Assembly (NCBI GenBank): GCA_947505245.1
Contig: CANNIZ010000002.1
Coordinates: forward strand, 150,519 to 214,518
Direction of reading: 5' to 3'
DNA: 64,000 nt
Source: Pseudomonadota bacterium
GTDB lineage: Bacteria > Myxococcota_A > UBA796 > GCA-2862545
In this document: piece after piece, positions 10,225-19,886 of the stretch
How positions within the stretch are numbered: position 1 is the first letter of the stretch
Layout: each line of letters begins with the position of its first letter
Program-made: the position numbers and the translations under genes
Notes under the pieces: generated by a model
What the model was told of the DNA's origin: nothing
Database searches by the model: none
Seen by the model: the letters and a program-made list of their open reading frames with translations, nothing else

Positions 10225-13200
10225 CTACCAGCCCGGCGCGTCCGGCAGGAACGTCTCGCGACCCGTCGCCGCGCCCGCGACCTCCTCGACCGTGACGTGC
10301 AGCGGGTAGGTCTGGTTTGCGAGCCACATGCCGACCTGATCGTCGAAGTGCGGATCGTCGTTCAGGCCCGACTGCCCGCCGGGCAGGATGTTCACGCCGT
10401 CTACGCCTTCCGGCCCGAGCGCTACGACGAGCCGGAACACGGGCCCAGAGCCGTACTGGAAGTTGTCGCCGCCCATGCCGCTGTTCGCCGCGTCCACGGC
10501 GAAGTTGTCGCCCGCGCGCGGGTAGCCGGGCATGTCGGCGCGCGGATCGGTGGACGGCAGGCCGTCCATCACCGGCAGGCGATCGGGGGTGATCGAGAAC
10601 TTGTCGAGCAGGAACGCGAACGACGAATCCGACGGCAGGAAGTCGCCGAGCAACGAGTCGAAGTGCACCCAGTGCTTCAGGCCCCAGGTCCAGGTGTTCA
10701 TGTCCGTGGACCCGAACCCGCCGTGCCCGGGGGTGGTCTCGGGCGACTTCAGGAACGCGAGCCCATCGACCAACGCGCGCATCATCAGCTCGTCGCTGCG
10801 CTCGATCTCGGGCGTGGACAACACGTCGAAGAACGCGCTCTCCTGCGTGTCCGGGTTGTACGACGCGAGGCCGCCCGGGTTGTTCGGGCCGCGGCCCTCC
10901 AGCACCTTGTTCAGGAACCGCATGCGACCCGTGCCGCCGGTGGGCGTCCACACGCCGGGGAACCCCTCGTCATCGGTGACGCGGCTCATGAACCGGCCGA
11001 ACCACGCGTTGAAGATGCTCGTCGCGACCGAGTCCGCGATCTCGCCGTCCACGGGCGTGTGATAGAAGGTCTCGACGCCGCTCGACGCCGGGTAGCCGTT
11101 GGCGGCCCACGCGCGCAGCCTCGTCTCTGCCTCGTCGATCGTGGCCGCGTCTTCCTGGTAGATCGCGACGAACCGCGCCGTGTCAGCGTCCGGACTGGCC
11201 TCGAGCGACGCAGCCTGGACCGAGTCGATCGCGTCGAGGAGGTAGTGCGTGAGCTGCTCACCGAGGCGCGAGGTGGTGTTGCCCTGCAGCGTAGACATCG
11301 ACTCGAGCGACGCCGACTTGTCGGTCACCTCGGCCGAGAGCGCGCGATCGATCGAGTCGGCGCGGTAGCCCTCCGTCCACGGTCCGCCGATGTAGTACGG
11401 GTCGTTCGCGAGCGTACCGTCGAGCGTGGCGCCGCCAGGGTCGTTGTTGGCGGTCACGACGTACCCCTTCGCTGGATCCAGCGCCTGGGGGTACACGTCG
11501 AACGGCACGATGCACGCGTAGGGATCGGACGCCTGCGACTCGTCCACCTTCATGTCGGCGGTCATCGGGATGCGGAACGCGCCGTAGGTGGTGCCGTCGA
11601 GCAGCAGGGATGGATCGGCTCCTTCGATCCAGCTGCCGTCGGGGTTCCGCGGAAGGTACGTGCGACAGGGCACCGCCTGGTAGCCCGTGTACAGGATGCT
11701 GCCGGTCACGTCCGCTGCCGCGATGTTCTGGGAGTACGCGACGAGGCCCTTGCTCGCCTCGCGCATGTCCTCCACCGTGTCCGCGTGGCCCCACGCGTCG
11801 AGCACGCCGAACACGTTGCTGTCGTCGAGCCCCGTGTAGTCGAAGCTCACCGCGACGATCTTCCCATCACCGTCGGTGTCCTCGGGCACGACCAGCGATC
11901 CGCCGAAGCGCGACACGTGCTCGCCGTTTGCGGGCACGTAATCGGCGCCGACCGAGCGGCCTTCGATGTCGGCGATCCACCGCCCGTCGAACGTCTCGTA
12001 ACGGTCCCACGTCACGGTGCGACCGACCGAGTCGAGCACGGGGATATCCGCGATCTCGACGGACTCGGTGTGCACGACGAGCGCCTCAGCCTTGCCCTGG
12101 AACATCGTCGCGGTCGGGAGGCCGTCGGTGACGACGACCTCTTCGCGGTACCAGTCGGTGATGTCGCCCATCAGCTGCGTCTGCGACCACGCGACCTTAC
12201 CGTTGGTGCCCACCGCGATCATGTTCGGCAGGCCGGGCAGGATCACGCCGATCTCGTGCGTGTTGCCACCGCCGAGGTGCTCGGTGTCGAAGCCGACCGA
12301 CCAGAACAGCGACGGCACGGACAGCGGAAGGTGACCATCACCCGCCATGATCGCGCGACCGTCCGTCGTCCCCTCGCCCATCACCGCCCACGCATTGCTG
12401 CCCCAGCCCATGTCGTGATCGCGACCGAACCACGCCTGCATGCCGTCCAGGCGCTTCGTGAGGCGATCGGCCATCGGCTTCGGGATGCGGTTGCCGGCGT
12501 TCTCGAACGGGCGCGGCGGGTGCGCGCGCGTGTCCAACTGCCAGCCGTCCGCAGAGACGACGGGAAACACGGGCTCCTGGGCGAGCCAGATGTCGTCGTA
12601 CATCCCCGCGCGGCGCAGGTCGGCGAGAGGCCCCGTCTGGAACATGCCCGCCATCGCGTCGACGGTGGCCTGATTTCCGACGTCTCCGGTCTCGTACCCG
12701 AGCTGGTACACGAGGGTGGCGCCCATCGCGGCCACGTCTGACGTGACGAACGGCTCCATCAGGTCGACGGGGGAGTCCTTGCCGAGCAGCGGCGCCGCGA
12801 GGCCATACTCGGACGGCGGCGGCAGCGTGCCCGCGCGCACGGCTTCGATGTACGCGTTGATCCCTTCCGTAAACGCCGTGGCCTCTTCGCGATTCGACTC
12901 GGACATCGTCCGGTCCAGCATCTCCGCGACGTACGACATCCCGTTGCTGCTCGCCTCGGCGTCCGTCTCGAACGCGGCGTCACCGAGCAGAACCGACACG
13001 CGACCCGTCGAAAGTCGACGCGACAGGTCGAGCACGAAGAACCGATCGCGCGCGTACGTGAACCCGTTCACGCGCGCGACATCGACGTCGTCTACGGCGT
13101 AGATGCGCGGGATGTTCGCTTCCGTGCGCATCACGTACGCGGGCCCATGCAGGCCGGGCAGCCGCCACTCCTCGGTCTGTCCGACCGCAAATAGCGGCGA

Positions 13201-13275
13201 AGGCTCGAGCGGCTCGCGGTGGGAGCCGGTGCAGGCGACGAGGGTGGTCAAGGCGGCGAGCAGAACGGGGCGCAT
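10225..13275 (-). CDS. penicillin acylase family protein (Ntn hydrolase, peptidase S45), lipoprotein, 1016 aa
   Basis: Lipobox LLAALTTLVACTGS. The nucleophile motif GWGSNAWAV (Ser of the beta subunit) and overall S45 acylase similarity, including AHL-acylase/aculeacin-acylase-like regions. Confidence 0.85.
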   Translation of the reverse strand: MRPVLLAALTTLVACTGSHREPLEPSPLFAVGQTEEWRLPGLHGPAYVMRTEANIPRIYAVDDVDVARVNGFTYARDRFFVLDLSRRLSTGRVSVLLGDAAFETDAEASSNGMSYVAEMLDRTMSESNREEATAFTEGINAYIEAVRAGTLPPPSEYGLAAPLLGKDSPVDLMEPFVTSDVAAMGATLVYQLGYETGDVGNQATVDAMAGMFQTGPLADLRRAGMYDDIWLAQEPVFPVVSADGWQLDTRAHPPRPFENAGNRIPKPMADRLTKRLDGMQAWFGRDHDMGWGSNAWAVMGEGTTDGRAIMAGDGHLPLSVPSLFWSVGFDTEHLGGGNTHEIGVILPGLPNMIAVGTNGKVAWSQTQLMGDITDWYREEVVVTDGLPTATMFQGKAEALVVHTESVEIADIPVLDSVGRTVTWDRYETFDGRWIADIEGRSVGADYVPANGEHVSRFGGSLVVPEDTDGDGKIVAVSFDYTGLDDSNVFGVLDAWGHADTVEDMREASKGLVAYSQNIAAADVTGSILYTGYQAVPCRTYLPRNPDGSWIEGADPSLLLDGTTYGAFRIPMTADMKVDESQASDPYACIVPFDVYPQALDPAKGYVVTANNDPGGATLDGTLANDPYYIGGPWTEGYRADSIDRALSAEVTDKSASLESMSTLQGNTTSRLGEQLTHYLLDAIDSVQAASLEASPDADTARFVAIYQEDAATIDEAETRLRAWAANGYPASSGVETFYHTPVDGEIADSVATSIFNAWFGRFMSRVTDDEGFPGVWTPTGGTGRMRFLNKVLEGRGPNNPGGLASYNPDTQESAFFDVLSTPEIERSDELMMRALVDGLAFLKSPETTPGHGGFGSTDMNTWTWGLKHWVHFDSLLGDFLPSDSSFAFLLDKFSITPDRLPVMDGLPSTDPRADMPGYPRAGDNFAVDAANSGMGGDNFQYGSGPVFRLVVALGPEGVDGVNILPGGQSGLNDDPHFDDQVGMWLANQTYPLHVTVEEVAGAATGRETFLPDAPGW

Positions 13276-13372
13276 GGAACCTCAGGTCCGCGAGTGTACC
13301 TGGGTCTCGTGTCGCGCGGCTACCGGAACGGAGTAGACTGCCGCCGTGTTCAAGGCTTCGGAGTCGCACGAT

Positions 13373-14551
13373 ATGTTCCGCACGACGATTTCCATCTTGG
13401 TCAGCACCGCCCTGACGAGCGCCGCGTACGCGCAGGACCCGGCAGCGCCGCCCGCCCCACCGCCCGCTCCCACCGGCCCGCTCGCCAAGGCCCCGCCGCC
13501 GCTGCTCGGCGACGTGAAGCCCTCGGCCCCGCCAGCGACGCGCAACTACGTCGCGCTCGTCGTGGGCCTCGCCACGTACGACAAGCTCCCAAAGGAGGTC
13601 CACCTCGACTTCGCCCGCTCCGACGCGGCCACCGTCGCCCAGGCGCTGCGCGAGCAGGCAAGGTTCGACCAGGTGTTTTTGCTGCGCGACTCGGAGGCGA
13701 CGAAGGAGGCCATCCGCGAGACGCTTCGCACCAAGGTCGCCCAGTTCGTCGGCCCGAACGACGTGTTCGTGTTGTACTTCGCGGGCCACGGCGTCGGCGC
13801 CGATCTCGACACCCCCGTGCTCCTCGCGTACGACTCGTCCGTCGCCAACGGCCAGGAAGACGGCCTCGAGCTTCAGTCTTTCGCGCGCGACCTGCAGACG
13901 TTCGCGCCGTCCGGCCTGTCGGTGATGGTGACAGACGTGGTGCACCGCAACCAGATCGACGGCATCTACTTCTACGGGCCGGCCGCCGAACAATGGCCGT
14001 CCATGCCCAAAGGCGTCATGTTGCTTTCCGCGTCCGGCCCGTCCGAGCCCGGAAAAGACGGCGCGTTCGCGCAGGTGTTCAGCAACGCGATGGGCGGCGG
14101 TGCCGACGCCGACGGCGATCACCTGGTCACCAACCTCGAGCTGTACACCTACCTCGCGCGCAGCTTCGAAGGCACCGGCCAGACGCCTCACGCCGCCGGC
14201 AACTTCGACTGGAACGGCGTGGTGGCGCAGGACGTCGCCGGCGGCTCCCCCATCACGTACGTGGCCGAGACCGACAAGGCGCCTCCCGCGCCGACCTACC
14301 CGGACATCCAGGTGTCCGCCGCGAAGTTCGTCTGGGGCGAAGGGGCTTCGCAATCGGTTCAGTGTCGGGACGAGCCCGTCGTCGCGTGCGCGCCGTCCTG
14401 CTACGTGCGCACGTTCCAGGCAGGCCCCTGCGACGTGAGCGCCGTAATGGACGGCGTGCAGATGAAGGGCCGCATCATCGTCGTCGCACCTGGAAAGTAC
14501 GACTGCAACCGCAAGGGCGGCGACCTCACGTGCTCCGGCCCGACGCAGTAA
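13373..14551 (+). CDS. secreted caspase-fold (peptidase C14-like) protein, probably catalytically inactive
   Basis: Signal peptide MFRTTISILVSTALTSAAYA. The C14 N-terminal half is present (YALVVGLATYDKL...ATKEAIRETL...DVFVLYFAGHGV). There is no Cys at all in the ~200 aa after the His, and the expected DxCHSG position reads TDVVHRN. Cys-rich C-terminal tail. Confidence 0.65.
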   Translation: MFRTTISILVSTALTSAAYAQDPAAPPAPPPAPTGPLAKAPPPLLGDVKPSAPPATRNYVALVVGLATYDKLPKEVHLDFARSDAATVAQALREQARFDQVFLLRDSEATKEAIRETLRTKVAQFVGPNDVFVLYFAGHGVGADLDTPVLLAYDSSVANGQEDGLELQSFARDLQTFAPSGLSVMVTDVVHRNQIDGIYFYGPAAEQWPSMPKGVMLLSASGPSEPGKDGAFAQVFSNAMGGGADADGDHLVTNLELYTYLARSFEGTGQTPHAAGNFDWNGVVAQDVAGGSPITYVAETDKAPPAPTYPDIQVSAAKFVWGEGASQSVQCRDEPVVACAPSCYVRTFQAGPCDVSAVMDGVQMKGRIIVVAPGKYDCNRKGGDLTCSGPTQ

Positions 14552-15897
14552 TCCTGCTCGTCCTCGCAGGGTGTACCGGTCAGGAGACCGCGATCACCGC
14601 CGGTGAAGGTCGTCTTCGCGAGCCTCCCAGCGCGCTCGACTTCGGCGCGGTCGACGTCGGCCGCTCGGCGACCTTGTCGCTCACGCTCCACAACGACGGC
14701 ATCGGCGCGCTGACGCTCGGCGGCGCGCTCGACGGCGACGTGGATCTTCGGCTCGCGGACGTGCCTTCGACGATCGCCCCCGGTGATGAAGCCGACGTCA
14801 CCTTCGAGTTCCGCCCGACCACCGAAGGCGCACATCAGGCCTCGTTCGTGCTCACCACGGACGACCCCGATCGCCCCCGCGTCGAGCGCAGCGTACTCGG
14901 GACCGGCGTCGTCCCGACGCTGGACGTCTCCCCATCGGCGCTGTGGTTCGGCGACGTCGCCGAAGGCGTGATCGTCGCGCGGTCCACGACGCTTTCCGCG
15001 ACCGGCTCCGGGGACGTGACGATCGACGCGATCGACCTCGCCGCGGCCGCCTACAGCTGGACGCTGCCCGACGGTGTGGCCCTGCCGTACGTGCTCCCCG
15101 CCGGTCACGCGGTCGCGTTGACCGTCCGCTACACCGCGCCCGCGCTCCCCGTGTCGGCCGAGCTGCTCGTTTCCTCGTCCGACGTTCAGCGCCCGGTCAC
15201 CGCCCTCCGTCTCGAGGCTGGTGAGTCGAGCGGCGCGGCCCCACCGACGATCGATCTCGTCGCCCCGGTGTGGGGGCAGGCGTTCCTCGACGACGAGCCC
15301 GTCACCGCGCAAATCGTCACCACCGACCCCGACGACGCGCCGGCCGATCTGACCGTGCTCGTCTACCTCGACGACGCGCTCGTTACTGCGGCTTCCCCCG
15401 CCGCCGACGGCACGCTCGAGGTCCCGCTCGGGCCGCTACCGCCCGGCGATCACACGCTCGTCGCGCGCGCGATCGACCCCGACGGCAGTCTGGACGAGGA
15501 CCGCGCCGAGCTCGCGGTCTACGCACCCGACGACGTGCAGATCACGCTCTCGGGCGGCGACTCGTCGTACGCCTACCTGTCGGTGGACGATGACCTGGCC
15601 GTGTACGTTGACGACGCGCTCGTCTACGAGGACGCTTCGGAGCACCAGAGCACGCTCGCTCCGATCGCCGTCCACGCCGCCATCGGCTCGACGCTGCGGC
15701 TCGTCGCGACCGACGCCAACCCCTGTCGCAAGCACCTGGACGCGATCATCTTGCACTTCGGCACCACGAGGCACGCGCGCCTGCTGGACGAGATCGGCGC
15801 GTCGTCGTGCTCGGAGGACCCCGACTACGACGCGACGTACGCGGGTCCGTGGCCGAACGTCTTCCTCGACCGAACGTTCACGATCGCGCTGCCCTGA
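14530..15897 (+). CDS. choice-of-anchor-D-like (ASH/HYDIN-type) lipoprotein
   Basis: GTG 14530 is in frame and overlaps the caspase-like gene by 22 nt. Lipobox ILLVLAGCTG. LDFGAVDVGRSATLSLTLHNDGIGALTL...FEFRPTTEGAHQASFVLTTDDP is the pattern of choice-of-anchor-D domains, which are common in Myxococcota. Confidence 0.65.
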   Translation: MLRPDAVILLVLAGCTGQETAITAGEGRLREPPSALDFGAVDVGRSATLSLTLHNDGIGALTLGGALDGDVDLRLADVPSTIAPGDEADVTFEFRPTTEGAHQASFVLTTDDPDRPRVERSVLGTGVVPTLDVSPSALWFGDVAEGVIVARSTTLSATGSGDVTIDAIDLAAAAYSWTLPDGVALPYVLPAGHAVALTVRYTAPALPVSAELLVSSSDVQRPVTALRLEAGESSGAAPPTIDLVAPVWGQAFLDDEPVTAQIVTTDPDDAPADLTVLVYLDDALVTAASPAADGTLEVPLGPLPPGDHTLVARAIDPDGSLDEDRAELAVYAPDDVQITLSGGDSSYAYLSVDDDLAVYVDDALVYEDASEHQSTLAPIAVHAAIGSTLRLVATDANPCRKHLDAIILHFGTTRHARLLDEIGASSCSEDPDYDATYAGPWPNVFLDRTFTIALP

Positions 15898-15903
15898 CCC
15901 GGT

Positions 15904-16368
15904 TCACGGGTCGGTCTCGCTCCACAGCGGCGAATACCCGAGGCTCGTCAACCACGCGACGATCCGCTCCCGACGCTGGGCCGCGACAAACGTGCCCCAC
16001 TCGTCGGCGATCTCCGCGTCCCACACGATTCGAAAGAACCGGTGCACCGGCCCCGCGCCGGCGAGCGCCGCTCCGAGTCGCTTCGCGAGCTTGGCGTCGT
16101 TCACCGTGCCGACGAACTCCTTCGCGTCGCTCCAGAGGTCCGCCGGCTCATCGACTGGGACAGGCCGATAGCGCTTTCCGATGCGCGCGAGCACGCTCCG
16201 AACCAGCTCGTAGCGATCCGGGTCCCAGGTCGCGAGATCCTCGGGCTCGGCGTGGATCGCGCGGGTGACCTCGCGCGGCGTGAGCGTGACGACGTCGCCG
16301 GTCTCGAGATCGAGGTAGGCGCTGTCCTCCGGAGCGGAAGGATCAAACGCCGCCTCGAGCGCGCCCAT
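15904..16368 (-). CDS. hypothetical cytoplasmic protein (UPF0158-like)
   Basis: MGALEAAFDPSAPEDSAYLDLETGDVV resembles the N-terminus of the UPF0158 family. Start chosen at ATG 16368. Confidence 0.4.
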   Translation of the reverse strand: MGALEAAFDPSAPEDSAYLDLETGDVVTLTPREVTRAIHAEPEDLATWDPDRYELVRSVLARIGKRYRPVPVDEPADLWSDAKEFVGTVNDAKLAKRLGAALAGAGPVHRFFRIVWDAEIADEWGTFVAAQRRERIVAWLTSLGYSPLWSETDP

Positions 16369-16467
16369 GTCGAGGCGGAGCGGACGCAGCAGGGTGAGGT
16401 GGCGGGACCTCGCAGGCATGCCCCTCCGTATCGCGATCTTGAACGCACCGGCGGGATACCCTGCCGT

Positions 16468-16869
16468 GTGGAGGTTCCTTTGGCCCTGAAGTTGCTCATC
16501 GCCGCCGTGTTCCTGAACTGGCTGATGGTCACCACCGCGAGCCTGTGGCGCGCGAACGCCTGGACACCCGGCGGGATGATGGCCGCTGTGGGCCCGCGCG
16601 ACGTCCCGATCGAGCCCTCCGTGTACGCAGGGCGTGCCGAACGCGCCGCCAAGAACATGTCCGAGAACCTCCCGTTCTTCATCGCCGTCGTGCTTGCAGC
16701 CTACGCCGCGGGTCGCTCCGGGCCGGGCGTCGACACCGGCGCGCTCGTGTTCGTGATCGCGCGCGTCGTGTACTGGCCCGTGTACATCTCGGGCATCCCG
16801 TTCCTGCGCACCGGCGTGTGGGCCGTGAGCATCGGCGCGCTCGCTTGGATCGGCTACGCCGCGCTGTGA
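16468..16869 (+). CDS. MAPEG family membrane protein
   Basis: ~133 aa with three or four TM helices. ...ENLPFFIAVVLAAYAAG...VFVIARVVYWPVYISGIPFLRTGVWAVS is MAPEG-like. GTG start at 16468. Confidence 0.6.
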   Translation: MEVPLALKLLIAAVFLNWLMVTTASLWRANAWTPGGMMAAVGPRDVPIEPSVYAGRAERAAKNMSENLPFFIAVVLAAYAAGRSGPGVDTGALVFVIARVVYWPVYISGIPFLRTGVWAVSIGALAWIGYAAL

Positions 16870-17822
16870 TCGAACGCCCTCCCCTTCCGCGGGTGCTCGA
16901 CGTGCCCGCGATCGCTCGGGGACTCCGCCTCGATCAGTTCCTCGCCCGCTGGTTCACCGACCGCTCGCGATCTGAGCTCGGTCGCTGGCTGCGTCTGGAC
17001 TTCGTCACCGACGCCTCGGGGAAGCCGCTGCGCGCGAGCTTGACGATGCGCGGCGGGGAACGGTTGCACCTGTTCATTCCGGGCATCGCGCCGTCCGGGC
17101 CCCCGCCACCGTTTCCGCCGATCGTCTACGAAGACGAAAGAATCGTCGTGATCGACAAGCCGCCAGGCCTCATCACCCACCCCGCGGGCGGCGATTACGC
17201 GTGGGCCGTGGTGTCGCTCGCCAAGGAGAAGTGGCCCCACGCGGACCTCGTGCATCGCATCGACAAGGACACGTCAGGCGTGTTGGTGCTCGCGAAGGAC
17301 GACGACGCCACGCGGTTCCTCAAGACCGCGTTCCACGACGGTGAGGTCGAGAAGCGGTACCTCGCGATCGCACGCGGAAAGCCCGTCTGGGAGCACCTCG
17401 TCTGCGAACAGCCGATCGGCCCCGCCGACGGCCCGATTCGAATTCAGATGGCCGTGCGCGAGGACGGGCTCTCCGCCCACACCGAGTTCACCGTGCTCGA
17501 ACGGCACCCGACGGCCGATCTCTCGCTGATCGCGTGTGACCTGTTCACCGGGCGCACCCACCAGATCCGCGTGCACCTCTGTCACGTCGGGCACGCAATC
17601 CTCGGCGACCGCATGTACGGCGTGTCGCCGGAGGTGTTCCTCCGGGCCTGGGAGGGCGGCGTCGACGACGAGGTGATGCGCCTCGCTGGCGCACCCCGAC
17701 ACGCCTTGCACGCGGCGTCGTGCACGTTTCCGCATCCCGACGGTGGACGCGTTCGGGTGGAAGCGAGGCTCGCGACCGACATCGCGTCCTGGTGGGCAGA
17801 CCCCGGCGCGCTCCCCCGGTGA
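16866..17822 (+). CDS. RluA-family pseudouridine synthase
   Basis: HRIDKDTSGVLVLAKD (the catalytic Asp motif), an N-terminal S4-like RLDQFLA, and ...GRTHQIRVHL. The GTG start overlaps the MAPEG stop codon (GTGA). Confidence 0.85.
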   Translation: MIERPPLPRVLDVPAIARGLRLDQFLARWFTDRSRSELGRWLRLDFVTDASGKPLRASLTMRGGERLHLFIPGIAPSGPPPPFPPIVYEDERIVVIDKPPGLITHPAGGDYAWAVVSLAKEKWPHADLVHRIDKDTSGVLVLAKDDDATRFLKTAFHDGEVEKRYLAIARGKPVWEHLVCEQPIGPADGPIRIQMAVREDGLSAHTEFTVLERHPTADLSLIACDLFTGRTHQIRVHLCHVGHAILGDRMYGVSPEVFLRAWEGGVDDEVMRLAGAPRHALHAASCTFPHPDGGRVRVEARLATDIASWWADPGALPR

Positions 17823-17844
17823 TCCACGGTCCGCCGGCGATGAC

Positions 17845-19836
17845 CTACTGAAAGTCGTAATAGAAGCGGTCGAACAGCGGCCCCAAGGTGTTCGAATAGT
17901 CGTCGGTCCAGGCGTCGCGCACCGGCAGGTGATCCGGCGGCGTCCAGCCGCGCGCGAGCAGCGGCGCGAGCGGCCCGGCCGTCCGCGAGACGGCGACGAA
18001 GATGGAAGCGTCTTCGAAGGGAGCCGTCGTTCCCACGCGATGAATGCCGTAGACGAGCGAGAGCCCGAGGTCCCGAGCGGTGGCGGCGAGCACGGGCCGG
18101 AAGTCGAACCACCGATTGCTCACGTGAAACACGACCACACCGTCGGGCGCGAGCCTCGACAGGTAGAGCTCCAGCGCTTCGCGGGTGAGCAGGTGCGTGG
18201 GGATCGCGTCGCCCGAGAACGCGTCGACGAGCACGACGTCGAACTTCGCGTCACGCGCGAGCGGATCGCGCTCGAGCTCGAGGCGCGCATCCCCCGCCAC
18301 GACCCGCACGCTCGCTTTCGTGTCGGCGAGGTAGGTGAACCACGTCCTCGCGAGCCCGATCTCTTCCGGGTCGAGCTCGTAGAACACCACGTCATCCCCG
18401 GCCACGAAGTAGGCGGCGGTCGCGCCCGCGCCGAGCCCGATCACGGCTGCCTGGCGCGGTGCGCCCGTCGGCCGGAGGACGTCGGCGAGGGGCGAGGCGG
18501 GGTGGTAGTACCCGAGCGGCAGCTCCTTCTCGTCGAGCAGCTGGCGGCCGTGGACCGTCGTCCCGTGCGAGATCGTCCGCACCGGTCGACCCGCCTGCTC
18601 GTCGTCCCACACGCGGTACAGGCCGTAGAAATTGCGTTCGCGCACCAACGGCGTATCGGCCGCGGTGACGGGCGGGAACCCGAGCCGCAACCCCACAACC
18701 GCAAAGATCAGGACCGTAGCCACGCCGAAGATCGGTTCCGCACGCACCTTCTCCCAGCGCTCGCGGTACTGCAGCGCGAGCAGCAGCGCCCCGAGGCCTG
18801 TCAACGCGAGCGGAAACTCGAACATGCTCGGAAACACCGCCGGAGCCACCACCGCGGCGAACGCACCACCGGCCCAACCTCCGACGGAGATAGCCACGTA
18901 GAATGACGTCAATTGGCTTGGAGCGGGGCGCCTGCGGTACAGCTCCGCGTGCGCGACCCAACACGCCGCGAACAGGATCAACAAATACGTCACGGCGGTC
19001 GTCGACACGTTCACGAAGCCGCCGCCACCGTACAGCAGCAGACCGATCGCGAACACCTCCGGCCAGAACCGGTCCAGCAGACCCGCGCGGCTTCCGTCTT
19101 CGCGAAAGACTATTATAAACGTCATCAAATACACACCGAGCGGCCCGACCCAGATCAACGGAATCGACGCCACCTCGGTCGCTACCACCGCAGTGACCGC
19201 CGACAACAGCAGCGACGGCGCGGCGGCGAGCCCGAGCCAGACCGCAAACACGCGCAACGACGGCCGCTCGGCGACGGTCACAGGCACCTGAGCCGAGGGA
19301 ATCGACGCCAACAAGCCGAGGTACGCGAGAAACGCTGCCGACCACATCCAACGCTGGGAGACGACCCCGAACCACGGTTCGATCAACAGCGGATACGCAA
19401 ACAGCGCGACAAAGGAGCCTGCGTTCGACCAGGAATACAGGCGCCACGGATCGTCGCGACCTGCGAGGTCCGACGACGCGAGCCAGCGCTGCGCTACGAC
19501 CCCCGACGTCGCGAGGACGAAGAACACCCAACCGAGGCCAACGGTAAGTGTGGCGAGGACATTCGCGACCGGCGGCCCGCCCGACCAGGTGGACACACCG
19601 ACGGGAAGGAAGACCACGCCCATCGCAGCCACAGCGAGGTGCCACCGTCCGATTCGCGGCAACACCACGTGCGTGTAGATCGTCGCGAGCGCGAGCACCC
19701 CCTGAAAGAACATCAGGCAGGTCGTCCAGACGTGAAACGCCGCTCCGTGGGACGGCAACAGCAGCCGCCCCGCCATCGGCTCCGCCCAGAACATCAGCAG
19801 CGCTCCGAGGAGCACAAAAACCTGGAGCTTGCGCAT
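17845..19836 (-). CDS. fused polytopic membrane domain / spermidine synthase-like aminopropyltransferase
   Basis: The N-terminal ~400 aa are multi-TM. The C-terminus is VIGLGAGATAAYF...DVVLVDAFSGDAIPTHLLTREALE, a spermidine-synthase (PABS) fold. Confidence 0.8.
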   Translation of the reverse strand: MRKLQVFVLLGALLMFWAEPMAGRLLLPSHGAAFHVWTTCLMFFQGVLALATIYTHVVLPRIGRWHLAVAAMGVVFLPVGVSTWSGGPPVANVLATLTVGLGWVFFVLATSGVVAQRWLASSDLAGRDDPWRLYSWSNAGSFVALFAYPLLIEPWFGVVSQRWMWSAAFLAYLGLLASIPSAQVPVTVAERPSLRVFAVWLGLAAAPSLLLSAVTAVVATEVASIPLIWVGPLGVYLMTFIIVFREDGSRAGLLDRFWPEVFAIGLLLYGGGGFVNVSTTAVTYLLILFAACWVAHAELYRRRPAPSQLTSFYVAISVGGWAGGAFAAVVAPAVFPSMFEFPLALTGLGALLLALQYRERWEKVRAEPIFGVATVLIFAVVGLRLGFPPVTAADTPLVRERNFYGLYRVWDDEQAGRPVRTISHGTTVHGRQLLDEKELPLGYYHPASPLADVLRPTGAPRQAAVIGLGAGATAAYFVAGDDVVFYELDPEEIGLARTWFTYLADTKASVRVVAGDARLELERDPLARDAKFDVVLVDAFSGDAIPTHLLTREALELYLSRLAPDGVVVFHVSNRWFDFRPVLAATARDLGLSLVYGIHRVGTTAPFEDASIFVAVSRTAGPLAPLLARGWTPPDHLPVRDAWTDDYSNTLGPLFDRFYYDFQ

Positions 19837-19886
19837 TCCCCTCAGCCTTCCACCGCCAGCCTACCTCGGCGGATTGTGCCGGCCGC

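Noticed and set aside
10057-12741. 894-aa plus-strand ORF
   Set aside because: Antisense to the penicillin-acylase-family gene, and Arg/His/Val-rich.
13219-14529. 5' part of the 892-aa plus-strand ORF
   Set aside because: Out of frame with the caspase-like gene and Arg/Gly-rich. Only the 3' part from GTG 14530 was kept.
16042-16467. N-terminal part of the 275-aa ORF (16042..16869) and of the 425-aa ORF (16545..17822)
   Set aside because: They overlap the upstream UPF0158-like gene and each other. The true genes start at GTG 16468 (MAPEG) and GTG 16866 (RluA).
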